A stretch of 58,374 nucleotides of DNA from Lysobacteraceae bacterium. GTDB lineage: Bacteria; Pseudomonadota; Gammaproteobacteria; Xanthomonadales; Xanthomonadaceae. The translations under genes were made by a program, and so were the position numbers. The stretch spans positions 1-58,374 of the forward strand of contig JBQCJG010000306.1 of the NCBI GenBank assembly GCA_051952955.1. The letters are read 5' to 3'. Of this stretch, positions 12,427 through 24,662 are shown piece after piece (position 1 is the first letter of the stretch; every line of letters begins with the position of its first letter). The notes beneath the pieces were generated by a model that saw only the letters and a list, made by a program, of their open reading frames with translations, had not been told where the DNA came from and made no database searches.

Positions 12427-12507
12427 TCCTGTGGGAGCGACGGGAGTCGCGACGGACTGCGGAAAGGTTTTCTTCGCTTCGTCGCGACTTCCGTCGCTCC
12501 CACAGGA
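12427..12507. repeat. REP-like inverted doublet (GTGG-tagged)
   Basis: TCCTGTGGGAGCGACGGGAGTCGCGACG (12427-12454) and near-perfect reverse complement (12480-12507); each arm holds a GCGAC-N4-GTCGC hairpin. Confidence 0.8.
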
Positions 12508-12564
12508 ACGACTGCGGCGTGCGTCGCGTGTCGATGCCGCGCAAGACAGAAGCCGCTCCTGCGA

Positions 12565-12888
12565 TCACTCGCGGTCGTCGCGGGTCCAGACGCCGCCGTG
12601 TTCGATCTTGACCGGGAATTTCGCGACCGGTTCGTAGGCCGGGGCGCACAGGGCGCGGCCGTCGCGCAGGTCGAAGCGGGCGCCGTGCAGCACGCAGGTG
12701 ATGCTGCCTTCGGCGACGTCGACCGTGCCGGAGGACAGGTCGAATTCGTCGTGCGTGCACTTGTCCTCGACCGCGTACAGCGTGCCGTCGAGGTTGACGA
12801 CGAGGATCGGCGTGTCGTCCGCCCACACCGTGGCCTTTTCGCCCGGCAGCAGCTGCGCCGTCGGGCACACGAACACCCAGTCGCTCAT
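12565..12888 (-). CDS. Rieske [2Fe-2S] ferredoxin
   Basis: CTH...CVLHGARFDLRDG Rieske ligands; last gene of the suf operon. Confidence 0.9.
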   Translation of the reverse strand: MSDWVFVCPTAQLLPGEKATVWADDTPILVVNLDGTLYAVEDKCTHDEFDLSSGTVDVAEGSITCVLHGARFDLRDGRALCAPAYEPVAKFPVKIEHGGVWTRDDRE

Positions 12889-13445
12889 GCGGCGGTCTCC
12901 GTCAGCGGTTTCTCGAGGACTTCGAAGCGCAGGTCGGGCCGTTTCGGCACGCCGTAGCGCGCGTCGCCGTAGGGGAACGGCTTGTACACGCCGGTGCGGA
13001 CGTAGCCGCGACGCATGTAGTAGGCGACGAGTTCCTCGCGGCAGTCGATCACCGTCATGCGCATGCGCGCGGCGCGCCGCGTCTCGCGCGCGACGCGCTC
13101 GGCCTCGGCCAGCAGCATCCGGCCGAGGCCGCTGCCCTGCATGTCCGGGCGGATCGAGAACATGCCGAACGTCGCCGTGCGCACGCCGTCGCCCGCGGGC
13201 ACGATCGCGACGTGCGCGCAGCCGATCGCGCGGACGTCGTCCCCGGCTTCCGACGCGAGCAGGATGAGGCTGTCGGGCGCGTCGAGGTCGGCGCGCAGCA
13301 TGTCGGCGTCGATGCGCTGGCCGTCGAGCAGGTCGGCTTCGGTGGTCCAGCCCTGGCGGCTGGCGTCGCCGCGGTAGGCCGCAGTGACCAGCGCGATCAG
13401 CGCGGGGATGTCGTCGTGCGTGGCGAAGCGGTAGACGGGCGTCAT
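12885..13445 (-). CDS. GNAT family N-acetyltransferase
   Basis: SRQGWTTEADLL, QGSGLG acetyl-CoA motif, YYMRRGY. Confidence 0.88.
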   Translation of the reverse strand: MTPVYRFATHDDIPALIALVTAAYRGDASRQGWTTEADLLDGQRIDADMLRADLDAPDSLILLASEAGDDVRAIGCAHVAIVPAGDGVRTATFGMFSIRPDMQGSGLGRMLLAEAERVARETRRAARMRMTVIDCREELVAYYMRRGYVRTGVYKPFPYGDARYGVPKRPDLRFEVLEKPLTETAA

Positions 13446-13467
13446 CGTGTGGCGGGAAGAGTCGAGT

Positions 13468-14697
13468 TCAGCCGAGCAGGCGACGGACCTTGCGGATCGC
13501 CTCGGCGAAGCGCTCGATCTCGTCGTGGGTGTTGTAGAACGCGAGCGAGGCGCGGCAGGTCGCCGGCACGCCGTAGGACTGCAGCAGCGGATGCGCGCAG
13601 TGCTGGCCGCTGCGCACCGCGACGCCTTCGAGGTCGAGCAGCGTCGCGAGGTCGTGCGCGTGCGCGCCGTCGACCAGGAAGCTGATGACAGCCGCCTTTT
13701 CGGGCGCGGTGCCGAGGATGCGCAGGCCGTCGATCGCGGTCAGCGCTTCGGTAGCGTGCGCGAGCAGTTCGGTCTCGCGCGCCTCGATCGCGTCCATGCC
13801 GATCGCCGACAGGTAGTCGACCGCGACGCCGAGGCCGACGTGACCGGCGATGTTCGGCGTGCCGGCCTCGAAGCGGTGCGGCGGGTCGTTGAACACCGAG
13901 CCTTCGAAACGCACTTCCCGGATCATTTCGCCGCCGCCGAGGAACGGCGGCATCTGCGCCAGCAGCTCGCGCCGCGCCCACAGCGCGCCGGTGCCGGTGG
14001 GGCCGCACATCTTGTGGCCGGTGAGCGCGTAGAAGTCGCAGCCCAGCGCCGGCACGTCGACCGCGCGGTGCGGCACCGCCTGCGAGCCGTCGACCACGGT
14101 GACGATGCCGCGCCTGCGCGCTTCGCGACAGATCTCGCGCACCGGGTTCACCGTGCCCAGCACGTTGCTGACGTGGGCGAGGCCGAGCAGCTTCACTTCG
14201 CCGGTCATGGCGGCGTACAGCGCGTCGAGGTCGAGCGACCCGTCGGGCTGCAGTTCGGCGACGCGGATCGTCGCGCCGGTGCGTTCGGCGACGAGCTGCC
14301 ACGGCACGATGTTGGCGTGGTGTTCCATCCGCGTGAGCAGGATGACGTCGCCGGCCTGCAGCCGCGGCAGCGCCCAGGAATACGCGACGAGATTCAGCGC
14401 GAACGTCGTGCCGCTGCACAGCACGAGTTCGTCGCGATGCACCTTGAGGAAGCCGGCGAGCTTCGCCCGCGCGCCTTCGTAGGCCTCGGTGGCCTCGGTG
14501 CCCAGCGCGTGTACGGCGCGGCTGACGTTCGCGTTGTGGCGGCGGAAGAAGTCATCGACGGCGTCGATCACCGCCGCGGGCTTCTGCCCGGTGTTCGCCG
14601 AATCGAGGTAGACCAGCGGCTTGCCGTGCACTTCGCGCTGCAGCAGCGGGAAGTCGGCGCGGATGGCGGTCCAGTCGGGACGCGTCGCGGTGCTCAT
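13468..14697 (-). CDS. sufS: Cysteine desulfurase SufS
   Basis: YLDSANT, EHHANIVPW, GHKMCGPTG (PLP Lys), RSGQHCA. Confidence 0.95.
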   Translation of the reverse strand: MSTATRPDWTAIRADFPLLQREVHGKPLVYLDSANTGQKPAAVIDAVDDFFRRHNANVSRAVHALGTEATEAYEGARAKLAGFLKVHRDELVLCSGTTFALNLVAYSWALPRLQAGDVILLTRMEHHANIVPWQLVAERTGATIRVAELQPDGSLDLDALYAAMTGEVKLLGLAHVSNVLGTVNPVREICREARRRGIVTVVDGSQAVPHRAVDVPALGCDFYALTGHKMCGPTGTGALWARRELLAQMPPFLGGGEMIREVRFEGSVFNDPPHRFEAGTPNIAGHVGLGVAVDYLSAIGMDAIEARETELLAHATEALTAIDGLRILGTAPEKAAVISFLVDGAHAHDLATLLDLEGVAVRSGQHCAHPLLQSYGVPATCRASLAFYNTHDEIERFAEAIRKVRRLLG

Positions 14698-15994
14698 GCC
14701 GCGTCGCCCGCGATCCGCGCCAGCGCGGCGTCGAGGGTCGCCTCCAGCGACGCGCGCAGCGCGGCGTCGTCGATGCGCGACAGCGTCTCGCGGCAGAACG
14801 CGGCGGTCAGCAGCGCGCGCGCCTGCGTCTCCGGGATGCCCCGCGAGCGCAGGTAGAACAGCGCGGTCGGATCGAGCTGGCCGACGGTCGCGCCGTGCGC
14901 GGCCTTCACTTCGTCGGCGTGGATGACCAGTACCGGCTGGGTGTCGATCTCGGCGTTCGCCGACAGCAGCAGGTTGCGGTTCGACAGGTCGGCGTCGCTG
15001 CCGTCGGCCCCCGCGCGGATGGTGATGCCGCCGTGGAAGACCGCGCGGCCGCGGTCCGCGCCGAGGCCGCGCCAGCGCAGCGCGCAGCCGGTATCGCGGG
15101 CGATGTGCTCGATGCCCAGCCGGGTGTCGAGGTGGCGCTTGCCGTCGGCCAGCAGGACGCCGTCGGCGGCGAGCCGCGCGCCGTCGCCTTCGAGCCGGAC
15201 GTTGAGTTCGTGCCGCGACAGGCCCGCGCCGAGTTCGAGATCGAGCCGGCGGTAGTCGGCGTCGCGCGCGAGCACCGCGTCCGTCCGCGCGAACACGCTG
15301 GCGGCGGTGGCCTCGTGCTGCACGCGTGCGTGCACGAGGCGCGCGCGCTGGCCGAGATGCACGTGGGCGACGTGGTTGCGCAGGCCGCGGTGTTCGCCCA
15401 GCGCGACGTGGTGCTCGACCAGCCGCAGCGAGGCGTCGTTGCGCAGATCGACGAAGTGGCGCAGGTGCGCGGCGGTTTCGCCGGCCGCGGTCGACACGAA
15501 CACGAGGTGCAGCGTCGCATCGCCGCCCGCGCCGTGGTCGAGGCGCAGCACCAGCCCGTCCTCGGCGAGCGCGGCGTTGACCGTCGCGAACACCGCATCG
15601 GCGCCGGCATAGCGGTACTGCAGGAAATTGGCGTCGCGCGGCTCCTGCTCGCGCAGCACGCGCGACAGCGGCAGCGCATCGACGCCGGCCGGCAGCGCGG
15701 ACACGTCGCTGCGCGGGGCGTCGAAACGGCCGTCGACGAAGACCATGCGCGGTGAAGGGATCGCCGCGAGCGCGGCGTCGAGCGCGTCGGCATCGGCGGT
15801 GGCATCGCCCGCCGGCGCGAACGCGCGGCGCTCCAGCGCGCGCAGCGACGTGTATTTCCAGGCTTCGCTGCGCGGCCCGGGCAGGCCGTCGCGCAGCGCG
15901 GTGTCGAGCGCCGCGCGCCGGGACGGCCCCAGCGCCGCGGCGTCGGGCTGCGCGAGGCCGGCGAACGCGGCCGCGAACGAATCGAGCAGCGCGC

Positions 15995-15998
<4 letters not shown>
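14694..15998 (-). CDS. sufD: Fe-S assembly protein SufD
   Basis: EAWKYT, ADEVKAAHGATVG, FYLRSRGI; position in operon. Confidence 0.93.
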
Positions 15999-16777
<779 letters not shown>

Positions 16778-16835
16778 GTCGGGATCTTCGGAAGTGGGCA
16801 TCGCGCCGCGGGGCGCCGGTCGATGGAGAGGACGG

Positions 16836-17081
16836 TCATTGCGCCGATTGCGGACGCCAGCGCAGCAGGCCCCAGCCGGCGACCGCGACCCAGACGCTCT
16901 CCAGCACCACGAACGGCATGAAGTGCACCAGCCACGCGGACCAAGCGCACAGGGCCGCGCCGACCATGTTCATCGCCAGGAACGTGCGGGAGTGCTCCGA
17001 CAGCAGCCGGCGCTGGTTGAGCACGAAGGCCACCAGCAGGAGGCTCACGCCGAGAGTGCCGATGAGGTCGCTGGCGGTCAT
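16836..17081 (-). CDS. Small membrane protein (CBU_0592-like)
   Basis: 81 aa, three TM segments, IGTLGVSLLLVAF..NMVGA..LESVW pattern; ATGA overlap with upstream gene. Confidence 0.7.
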   Translation of the reverse strand: MTASDLIGTLGVSLLLVAFVLNQRRLLSEHSRTFLAMNMVGAALCAWSAWLVHFMPFVVLESVWVAVAGWGLLRWRPQSAQ

Positions 17082-17469
17082 GCCCGGCTCCTCGCGACGA
17101 GCGCATGCAGGGCGTCCATCGCGTCTTCCCGCCTGGCCCACGGCACGAACAGGTGGTCGTGGTAGTAAGCCGAGATGGCGTTGCAGGGAATGCCCGCATC
17201 GGTGAGCGCGGCCGAGATCGCGGCCATCATGCCGACGGCGTCGAGGCTGGAATGGATGCGCAGCGTGACCTGCGCCCACAGCGGTGCGGCCTCGCGGTCG
17301 TCGGTGGCGACGATCACGGTCGTGCCTTCGTCCTCGCGGAACAGCAGGATCGCGTCCGCGGGCACCGGCGCATCGTGCGCCTGCGTGCGGATCGCGCGCG
17401 GCGTCGGCGCCAATTCCGGCGCCAGGCCCGCGAGCAGCCGCGACAGATCGGTTTCGCCGGTGGGTGCGC

Positions 17470-17473
<4 letters not shown>
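17078..17473 (-). CDS. ACT-domain protein (DUF2241-like)
   Basis: [44 protein letters not shown]; ATGA overlap with sufB stop. Confidence 0.85.
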
Positions 17474-18939
<1,466 letters not shown>

Positions 18940-18947
18940 GGCGGTCC

Positions 18948-19421
18948 TCAGCCGGCAGTGAGGGCGAGGGGAATGGCGCGATGCGGGGCGAGGTCGCCGT
19001 CGCGGTCGCCGTCGGCCGGAGGCGGCAGCGCCATCTCAGCCAGGCTCACGCGGCGCAGGGCGTCGGCGACCACGTCGTTGATCCGCCGCCAGTTGGCGCG
19101 CGCACCGCAGGAGTGGGCGATGCCGCATTGGCCTTCGTGGCCGCTGCATTCGGTCATCGCGAGCGGGCCTTCCATCGCCTCGACGATCTCGACCAGCGTG
19201 ATCTCGGCCGCCGGGCGGGCCAACCGGTAGCCGCCGGCGACGCCGCGGAAGGCCTGGACGAGGCCGGCCTGGGCCAGCGGCTTCAGCACCTTGGCGACGG
19301 TCGGCGCCTCCAGCCCGGCGCGCTCGGCCAGCCCGGCGGCACTGAGTACCGCGCCCGCCTCGGCGGCGAGCACGGTCAGCACCACGGTGGCGTAGTCGGT
19401 AAGCCTGGTGACGCGGAGCAT
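18948..19421 (-). CDS. Rrf2-family SUF system regulator (IscR/SufR-like)
   Basis: [22 protein letters not shown]-x6-C-x5-C cluster ligands; first gene of the operon. Confidence 0.9.
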   Translation of the reverse strand: MLRVTRLTDYATVVLTVLAAEAGAVLSAAGLAERAGLEAPTVAKVLKPLAQAGLVQAFRGVAGGYRLARPAAEITLVEIVEAMEGPLAMTECSGHEGQCGIAHSCGARANWRRINDVVADALRRVSLAEMALPPPADGDRDGDLAPHRAIPLALTAG

Positions 19422-19450
19422 GGGCGGGGTGCGCGGCGGCGTGGGGGCAA

Positions 19451-19492
19451 AAAGAGGACCGAAATTGTACGCTTTCAGTCCGGGCGGCTCAA
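19451..19492 (-). promoter_or_regulatory. Putative sigma70 promoter of suf operon with overlapping palindromic operator
   Basis: Minus strand TTGAGC-N17-TACAAT (19492-19464); imperfect palindrome AAAGAGGAC-N7-GTACGCTTT (19451-19475) covers the -10. Confidence 0.6.
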
Positions 19493-19622
19493 ATCCGCCT
19501 GGACGGTGTCGGCCCGTCGCCGGGTGACGGCTGTCATTCGCGATCGCTGACGCCCGTGCATGGTCCGGGGGACGCCGCTGCGGAGAATGGGCCGCGTCCA
19601 CTCCCGGACGCAGGAGCCCGCC

Positions 19623-19880
19623 ATGCACACCCGTACCGCCGCCCCGTCCCCGGTCGAAACCGCGCTGCACGTCGCCGTCGGCCAGCTGGTCGAGCGCGCG
19701 ACCGCTGCGCCGGCTGCGTCCGCCGCGTCAGGCCGCACGCCGTGGCTGCGCTGGCTGGTCGCGCTGGGCGCGGTGTTCCAGGCGTGGAAGGCGTGGCGTG
19801 GCCTGCGGTCGCTGTTCTGGACCGCGTTGGGCCTGGGCATGGCGCTGTTCTGGAGCGGCGCCTGGCACCGGATCTTCTGA
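19623..19880 (+). CDS. Hypothetical small membrane protein
   Basis: AGGAG RBS; 85 aa; Trp-rich hydrophobic C-terminal half. Confidence 0.55.
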   Translation: MHTRTAAPSPVETALHVAVGQLVERATAAPAASAASGRTPWLRWLVALGAVFQAWKAWRGLRSLFWTALGLGMALFWSGAWHRIF

Positions 19881-19993
19881 GGCGCGGTCTGCCGACGCGA
19901 TCGTCCGTGAGATCCTCGCAAGCGCGCCCGCGCCCGCATGGGGCGGATCGGCCATAATCGCCGACTCCGCCCTGTCGTCCCGGATCCGCGTCC

Positions 19994-20479
19994 ATGCCGA
20001 AGAAGAAGATCGTCGCCCGCCTGTCCCCCATCCACGGCAACGGCGTGTTCGCCGACGAGGCGATCCGCAAGGGCGACCGCATCGTCCGCTACAAGGGCAA
20101 GGTGCGCACCCACGCCGAGGTCGACGAACTCTACGGCGAGCAGCAGGAGAACGGCCACACCTTCCTGTTCACGCTCAACGACCAGTACGTGATCGATGCC
20201 AACGAGGACGGCAACATCGCGCGCTGGATCAACCACAGCTGCGCGCCGAACTGCGAGGCGGTGCAGGAAGAGAACGCCAAGGGCAAGACGCACAAGGACA
20301 AGGTGTTCATCGAGGCGATCCGCGACATCGCGCCGGGCGAGGAACTGACCTACAACTACGGCATCGTGCTGGACGAACCGCACACCGCGAAGCTCAAGAA
20401 GCTCTGGGGCTGCCGCTGCGGGTCGAAGCACTGCACCGGCACCATGCTCCAGCCCAAGCGCGGTCGCGGCAGGGACTGA
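19994..20479 (+). CDS. SET domain protein (putative lysine methyltransferase)
   Basis: SPIHGNGVFA, RWINHSCAPN, GEELTYNY, post-SET CRCGSKHC. Confidence 0.93.
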   Translation: MPKKKIVARLSPIHGNGVFADEAIRKGDRIVRYKGKVRTHAEVDELYGEQQENGHTFLFTLNDQYVIDANEDGNIARWINHSCAPNCEAVQEENAKGKTHKDKVFIEAIRDIAPGEELTYNYGIVLDEPHTAKLKKLWGCRCGSKHCTGTMLQPKRGRGRD

Positions 20480-20653
20480 CGCCCTGCCGGCGCCGCAGCG
20501 CCCGCACGCGCGGCGGCCCGTTTCCCGCCGGTCTTCCCGCCAACATCGGCAAAGCCGCCGGTGACGGCGGATGCGCGGCGGCATGACCAAAGACAGTCGT
20601 CGACCGCCCGCGGATCGCGCAGGATGCGCGCACTTCAACGCGGGAGAGCCCCG

Positions 20654-22906
20654 ATGCGTATCCGGCTGCTGCCCGCGGTCCCGTTCCTGTTCGCGCTCCT
20701 GTGCCTCCCCCTGCGGGCGTTCGCCGTCGACATCGACGGCCGCATCGACGCCGCCGAATGGGCCGGCGCGAAGCACATCGACGATTTCCGCCTGACCCAG
20801 CCGCTGAGCCGCGCGCCCGGTCCGTATCCCACCGAGGCCTGGGTGCTGTCGACGCCGGACGGGCTGGCGATCGCGTTCCGCAGCCACCAGCCGGTCGAGG
20901 TGCCGCGCACGCGGCAGCGCTTCCAGCGCGACAACAACGGCAGCGTCGACCGCGTGAACGTCTACGTCGATTTCGACGGCGACGGCCGCACCGGCTACAA
21001 CTTCATGCTGGCGATGTCCAACGGCATCGGCGACAGCACGATCGCCAACGAAAACCAGTTCAATCCCGACTGGGACGGCGCCTGGCGGCATGCGGTGTCG
21101 GAAGACGCCGAGGGCTGGAGTGCCGAGCTGCTGATCCCGTGGCACATCGCGCCCATGCGCGAGGTCCCGGGCGACATCCGCACGATCGGGCTGTCGCTGG
21201 ACCGCGTGATCGGGGATACCGGCCAGCGCATGTCGTGGCCGGCGATCAGCTTCACCGAGCAGCGGTTCCTGGCTGCGCTGGAAAGGATCGAGGTGCCGCG
21301 GTACGAGCAGTCGCTGCTGGCGATCACGCCCTACATCGCCGCCCTGCAGGACGTGCAGCACGGCGCTCGCGACGTCGACGCCGGCGCCGACGTGTTCTGG
21401 AAACCGAACGGCCGCTTCCAGCTCAGCGCCACGCTCAATCCCGACTTCGGCCAGGTCGAGAGCGACAGCATCGTCGTCAACTTCAGCGCGATCGAGACCT
21501 TCTTCGGCGACAAGCGGCCGTTCTTCACCGAGAACCAGGGCTATTTCGACATCCCGTTCGGTTCGCTCGGCAATGCGCAGCAGCTGATCTACACCCGCCG
21601 CGTCGGCGCAGCGTCCGACGACGGCAGCGGCTCCGGCGACGTGGCCGCGGCGGTGAAGATCAACGGCAGCGCCGGCGGCTTCGGCTACGGCGTGTTCGCG
21701 GCGAGCGAGCATGGCGAGGTCGGTCGCGATTTCTACGCCCTGCGCGCCACCCGCGATTTCGCCGGGCAGGGCATCGGCGCGACGCTGACGCGGGTCGAGC
21801 GCCCGTTCCTCGACCGCGAAGCGACCGTCGCCGCACTCGACCACCGCTGGTCGCCGACGCCGGCCTGGAACGTGCGCACGACGCTGGTCGGCTCCGACAT
21901 CGCGCAGCACGGCGCGCACGTCCGCGATACCGGCGGGCAGATGCGCATCGACCACCAGATCGATACGGTCTGGCGCCAGCAGCTCTTCCTGCTGCACACC
22001 GGCGGCGACCTGCAGCTCAACGATTTCGGCTTCCTCGACCGCAACAACTTCAACTACGCGCGCTACGAACTGTCGCGCCGCATCACCGACCTACCCGAGA
22101 GCTCGCCGTATGCCTCGCACCTGTGGCGCTATGCGGTCTCGCGGCGGCAGAACGACGACGGCGTGAAAATCGCCGACGCCTTCGCGTTCAACCGCCAGAG
22201 CGACCGTCGCGACGGCGGCAACCAGTTCTTCGAGATCGCCGGCTGGTCGGCCGGCCACGACGACCTGATCACCCGCGGCCACGGCGTCGTCGATCTGCCG
22301 GCGCGACTCTACGCCTTCGCCGAGCGCTCGTTCCCGAAGAAGCGCCACTGGGCGTTCTACGGCAACGTGAATTTCGATTCGCAGGGCCTCGAAGGCGTGC
22401 ACGGCGGCAGTTGGACGGTCTACATGGAGCCGTCGTACGCGGTGAACGACGACCTGAGTTTCTTCGGTGGGCTGCAGGTGCAGCGCAACGCCGACTGGCT
22501 GCTGTGGCGCGGCGACGATCGGCTGGGCAGCTTCGCGTCGCGACAGGCGCTGCTCAGCGCCGGCACGGTGTGGCTGATCGGCGGCAAGCAGGAACTGCGG
22601 GTGAGGCTCGAAGCGCTCGGCCTGGATGCGCAGGCCCGCCAGTCCTGGCGGGTGGCGGCCGACGGCCGGCCCGTGCGCAGTGCCGATCCTCTCGACGATT
22701 TCGCGCTGCGCAACCTCGGGTTCCAGGTGCGCTATCGCTACGAATTCGCGCCGCTGTCGTACCTCTACGTGGCGTACGTGCGCGGCGGTTCGCGGTTCGG
22801 CGCGGGCGAGGGGCCGTACAGTGCGCGCGAGGAACTCGCCGATGCGTTCGACCTGCGCGACAGCGAGCAGCTGCTGGTGAAGCTGTCCTACCGGTTCGAG
22901 CTCTGA
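20654..22906 (+). CDS. DUF5916 / CBM9-like domain outer-membrane protein
   Basis: Signal peptide, IDGRID..EW, AELLIPW, LNPDFGQVESD, DKRPFFTEN, C-terminal beta strand KLSYRF. Confidence 0.8.
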   Translation: MRIRLLPAVPFLFALLCLPLRAFAVDIDGRIDAAEWAGAKHIDDFRLTQPLSRAPGPYPTEAWVLSTPDGLAIAFRSHQPVEVPRTRQRFQRDNNGSVDRVNVYVDFDGDGRTGYNFMLAMSNGIGDSTIANENQFNPDWDGAWRHAVSEDAEGWSAELLIPWHIAPMREVPGDIRTIGLSLDRVIGDTGQRMSWPAISFTEQRFLAALERIEVPRYEQSLLAITPYIAALQDVQHGARDVDAGADVFWKPNGRFQLSATLNPDFGQVESDSIVVNFSAIETFFGDKRPFFTENQGYFDIPFGSLGNAQQLIYTRRVGAASDDGSGSGDVAAAVKINGSAGGFGYGVFAASEHGEVGRDFYALRATRDFAGQGIGATLTRVERPFLDREATVAALDHRWSPTPAWNVRTTLVGSDIAQHGAHVRDTGGQMRIDHQIDTVWRQQLFLLHTGGDLQLNDFGFLDRNNFNYARYELSRRITDLPESSPYASHLWRYAVSRRQNDDGVKIADAFAFNRQSDRRDGGNQFFEIAGWSAGHDDLITRGHGVVDLPARLYAFAERSFPKKRHWAFYGNVNFDSQGLEGVHGGSWTVYMEPSYAVNDDLSFFGGLQVQRNADWLLWRGDDRLGSFASRQALLSAGTVWLIGGKQELRVRLEALGLDAQARQSWRVAADGRPVRSADPLDDFALRNLGFQVRYRYEFAPLSYLYVAYVRGGSRFGAGEGPYSAREELADAFDLRDSEQLLVKLSYRFEL

Positions 22907-22931
22907 GTACAGTGGCCGCGGGCCGCGATGT

Positions 22932-23507
22932 TCAGCGATCGAGCTCGATCACGATCCGCCCGTCCTGCACCCGCGTGCCGGCGATCCGGCGCTCGCCCAG
23001 CTGCGCCTTGAGGCCGGGATCGACCCTGTACACCGGCTCGCTGCGGGCATAGTCGCGCAGCCAGCCGTTGATGAACTCGCGGCCGGTCGCGTTCATGCGG
23101 TTGCCGAGCACCGGCAACTCGGCTGATTCCAGTTGCGGCTCGTCGAGATACAGCGCGTTGGCCCGGGCGTCGTAACGCAGGCCGCTGGTCAGGGCGAAGT
23201 GGCCGGCCGGGCTGTCCCCGTCCAGGCCGAGGCCGTCGATACCGACGTCGAAATCCACGTGCAGCCGGGTGTCGGACTTCGGGATCGCAACGCGCGGGTT
23301 CATCACCCGCAGTGTCGCCAGCCCACCGAGCTGCGGGTAGTCGCGCGGATACTGGCGATCGAGATAGGTCTGCAACTGTGCCGCGGACACGGCGACCTGA
23401 TGGCCGAGCAGCGCCTGGGTGGTGTCGAGCGCGGCGCAGCCGGCCAGTCCTGCCGTGAGCGCGATGGCGGCGAAGCGCAGCAGCAAGCGACGGTGCGAAA
23501 CGGACAT
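22932..23507 (-). CDS. DUF1439 (YceB-like) lipoprotein
   Basis: Lipobox LAGC, LQTYLDRQYP, SGLRYD, PVYR. Confidence 0.75.
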   Translation of the reverse strand: MSVSHRRLLLRFAAIALTAGLAGCAALDTTQALLGHQVAVSAAQLQTYLDRQYPRDYPQLGGLATLRVMNPRVAIPKSDTRLHVDFDVGIDGLGLDGDSPAGHFALTSGLRYDARANALYLDEPQLESAELPVLGNRMNATGREFINGWLRDYARSEPVYRVDPGLKAQLGERRIAGTRVQDGRIVIELDR

Positions 23508-23601
23508 GGTCGATCTCCGGAAGGCGCGGTGCAGCATTGCCGCGCGGCGTTGAACGCGGGGTGATCGCAGATCGATCATCGGCGACGACCGTGCGCTTCA
23601 C

Positions 23602-23889
23602 TCAGTCCCGGCCGAGCAGGGCCTTGCGCTCGGGGGTGTAGTGCCACCAGGGGCGGGCCGGTGCGCCACGCATGAAATCCAAGGCGGCGAGGAACACGTC
23701 GATCACGCAGGGATCGTGGCGCACGCCGTCGATGTCGCACAGTCGGCGGTACAGCGCGAAGGCCTCGCAGCCGGCGAGTTCCGCCGGTGTTCGCAGCCCG
23801 AGCCGGGCGAAATCGTCTGCGGTGGCGGGGCCGACATTCGGGATGTCGGTGAAGCGGCGGACCTCGTCGGCGTGGCGGGCCTTGGCCAT
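23602..23889 (-). CDS. Helix-hairpin-helix protein, Cdd1 / mitomycin-resistance-like family
   Basis: DIPNVGPA, LYRRLC, HDPCVIDVF, PWWHYT. Confidence 0.8.
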   Translation of the reverse strand: MAKARHADEVRRFTDIPNVGPATADDFARLGLRTPAELAGCEAFALYRRLCDIDGVRHDPCVIDVFLAALDFMRGAPARPWWHYTPERKALLGRD

Positions 23890-23976
23890 GGCGATCGTTC
23901 CCGGCATGCGCTTGTGGCGCGGAAGCGGCAGAGGATTGCGTTGCGTCGAGGCGGAGCGATCGGCCCCAATGGACAA

Positions 23977-24003
23977 GGCCGGATTCCGACAGGAAATCCG
24001 GCC
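23977..24003 (-). terminator. Hairpin after HU gene
   Basis: GGCCGGATT-N9-AATCCGGCC about 50 bp downstream of the stop. Confidence 0.45.
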
Positions 24004-24050
24004 CTTCGTGCGTCGCCGCGGACGGGCCGCGGCGCTGGACCCGACGGCGA

Positions 24051-24425
24051 TCAGGCCGTGGCGGCATCCTTGAGCTTCTTCATCGGGCGCACCTTGACCT
24101 TGACCGTGGCCGGCTTCGCGGCGAACACGGTTTCCTGGCCGGTGAAGGGGTTGATGCCCTTGCGCTTGGGCTTGGCCGCGACGCTGACCGAGGTGATCTT
24201 CAGCACGCCCGGAAGCACGAACTGGCCGGCTCCCTTCTTGCCGATGGAGGCGTGGATGGCGGCCTCGAGCGCAGCCATCACGGCGCGGACGTCCTTCGCG
24301 GCGACGTCGGTCGCACCGGCGATGTGCGCGACCAGCGCGGACTTGCTCATCACGTCCTTGATCGGCTTGGCGGCGGCGGGTTTGGCCGCAGTCTTCTTGG
24401 CGGCGACTTTCTTCTTGGTTGCCAT
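24051..24425 (-). CDS. HU-family DNA-binding protein with Lys/Ala-rich N-terminal tail
   Basis: MSKSALV, RKGINPFTG, FAAKPA, KLKDA; N-terminus MATKKKVAAKKTAAKPAAAK. Confidence 0.9.
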   Translation of the reverse strand: MATKKKVAAKKTAAKPAAAKPIKDVMSKSALVAHIAGATDVAAKDVRAVMAALEAAIHASIGKKGAGQFVLPGVLKITSVSVAAKPKRKGINPFTGQETVFAAKPATVKVKVRPMKKLKDAATA

Positions 24426-24486
24426 GAGAATTCGTTTTCCTCGTCGGATGGTTGATCAGTCTTCGGGCCGGTGATCCGGCATGCGC

Positions 24487-24515
24487 ACTGTAGGCCAAGG
24501 TCCGGGCGACGCCAA
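24487..24515 (-). promoter_or_regulatory. Possible sigma70 promoter of HU gene
   Basis: Minus strand TTGGCG-N17-TACAGT about 60 bp upstream of ATG. Confidence 0.4.
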
Positions 24516-24662
24516 GTCCTTTCCGGCTTTTTCCGCGTGTTTTCAGGACTTTCTTGAGCGGTGGGTGCGTTTTGGCCGGCCGCGGCCGCGGTTTTCCTCG
24601 CCGATGCCGGAAATCGCCTGAAAAACGCACGTCCTGCCGTGGGCAGGACATGTCCGTTTCCG

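Noticed and set aside
19520-19550. Second Fur box upstream of suf
   Set aside because: Match to the consensus is too weak
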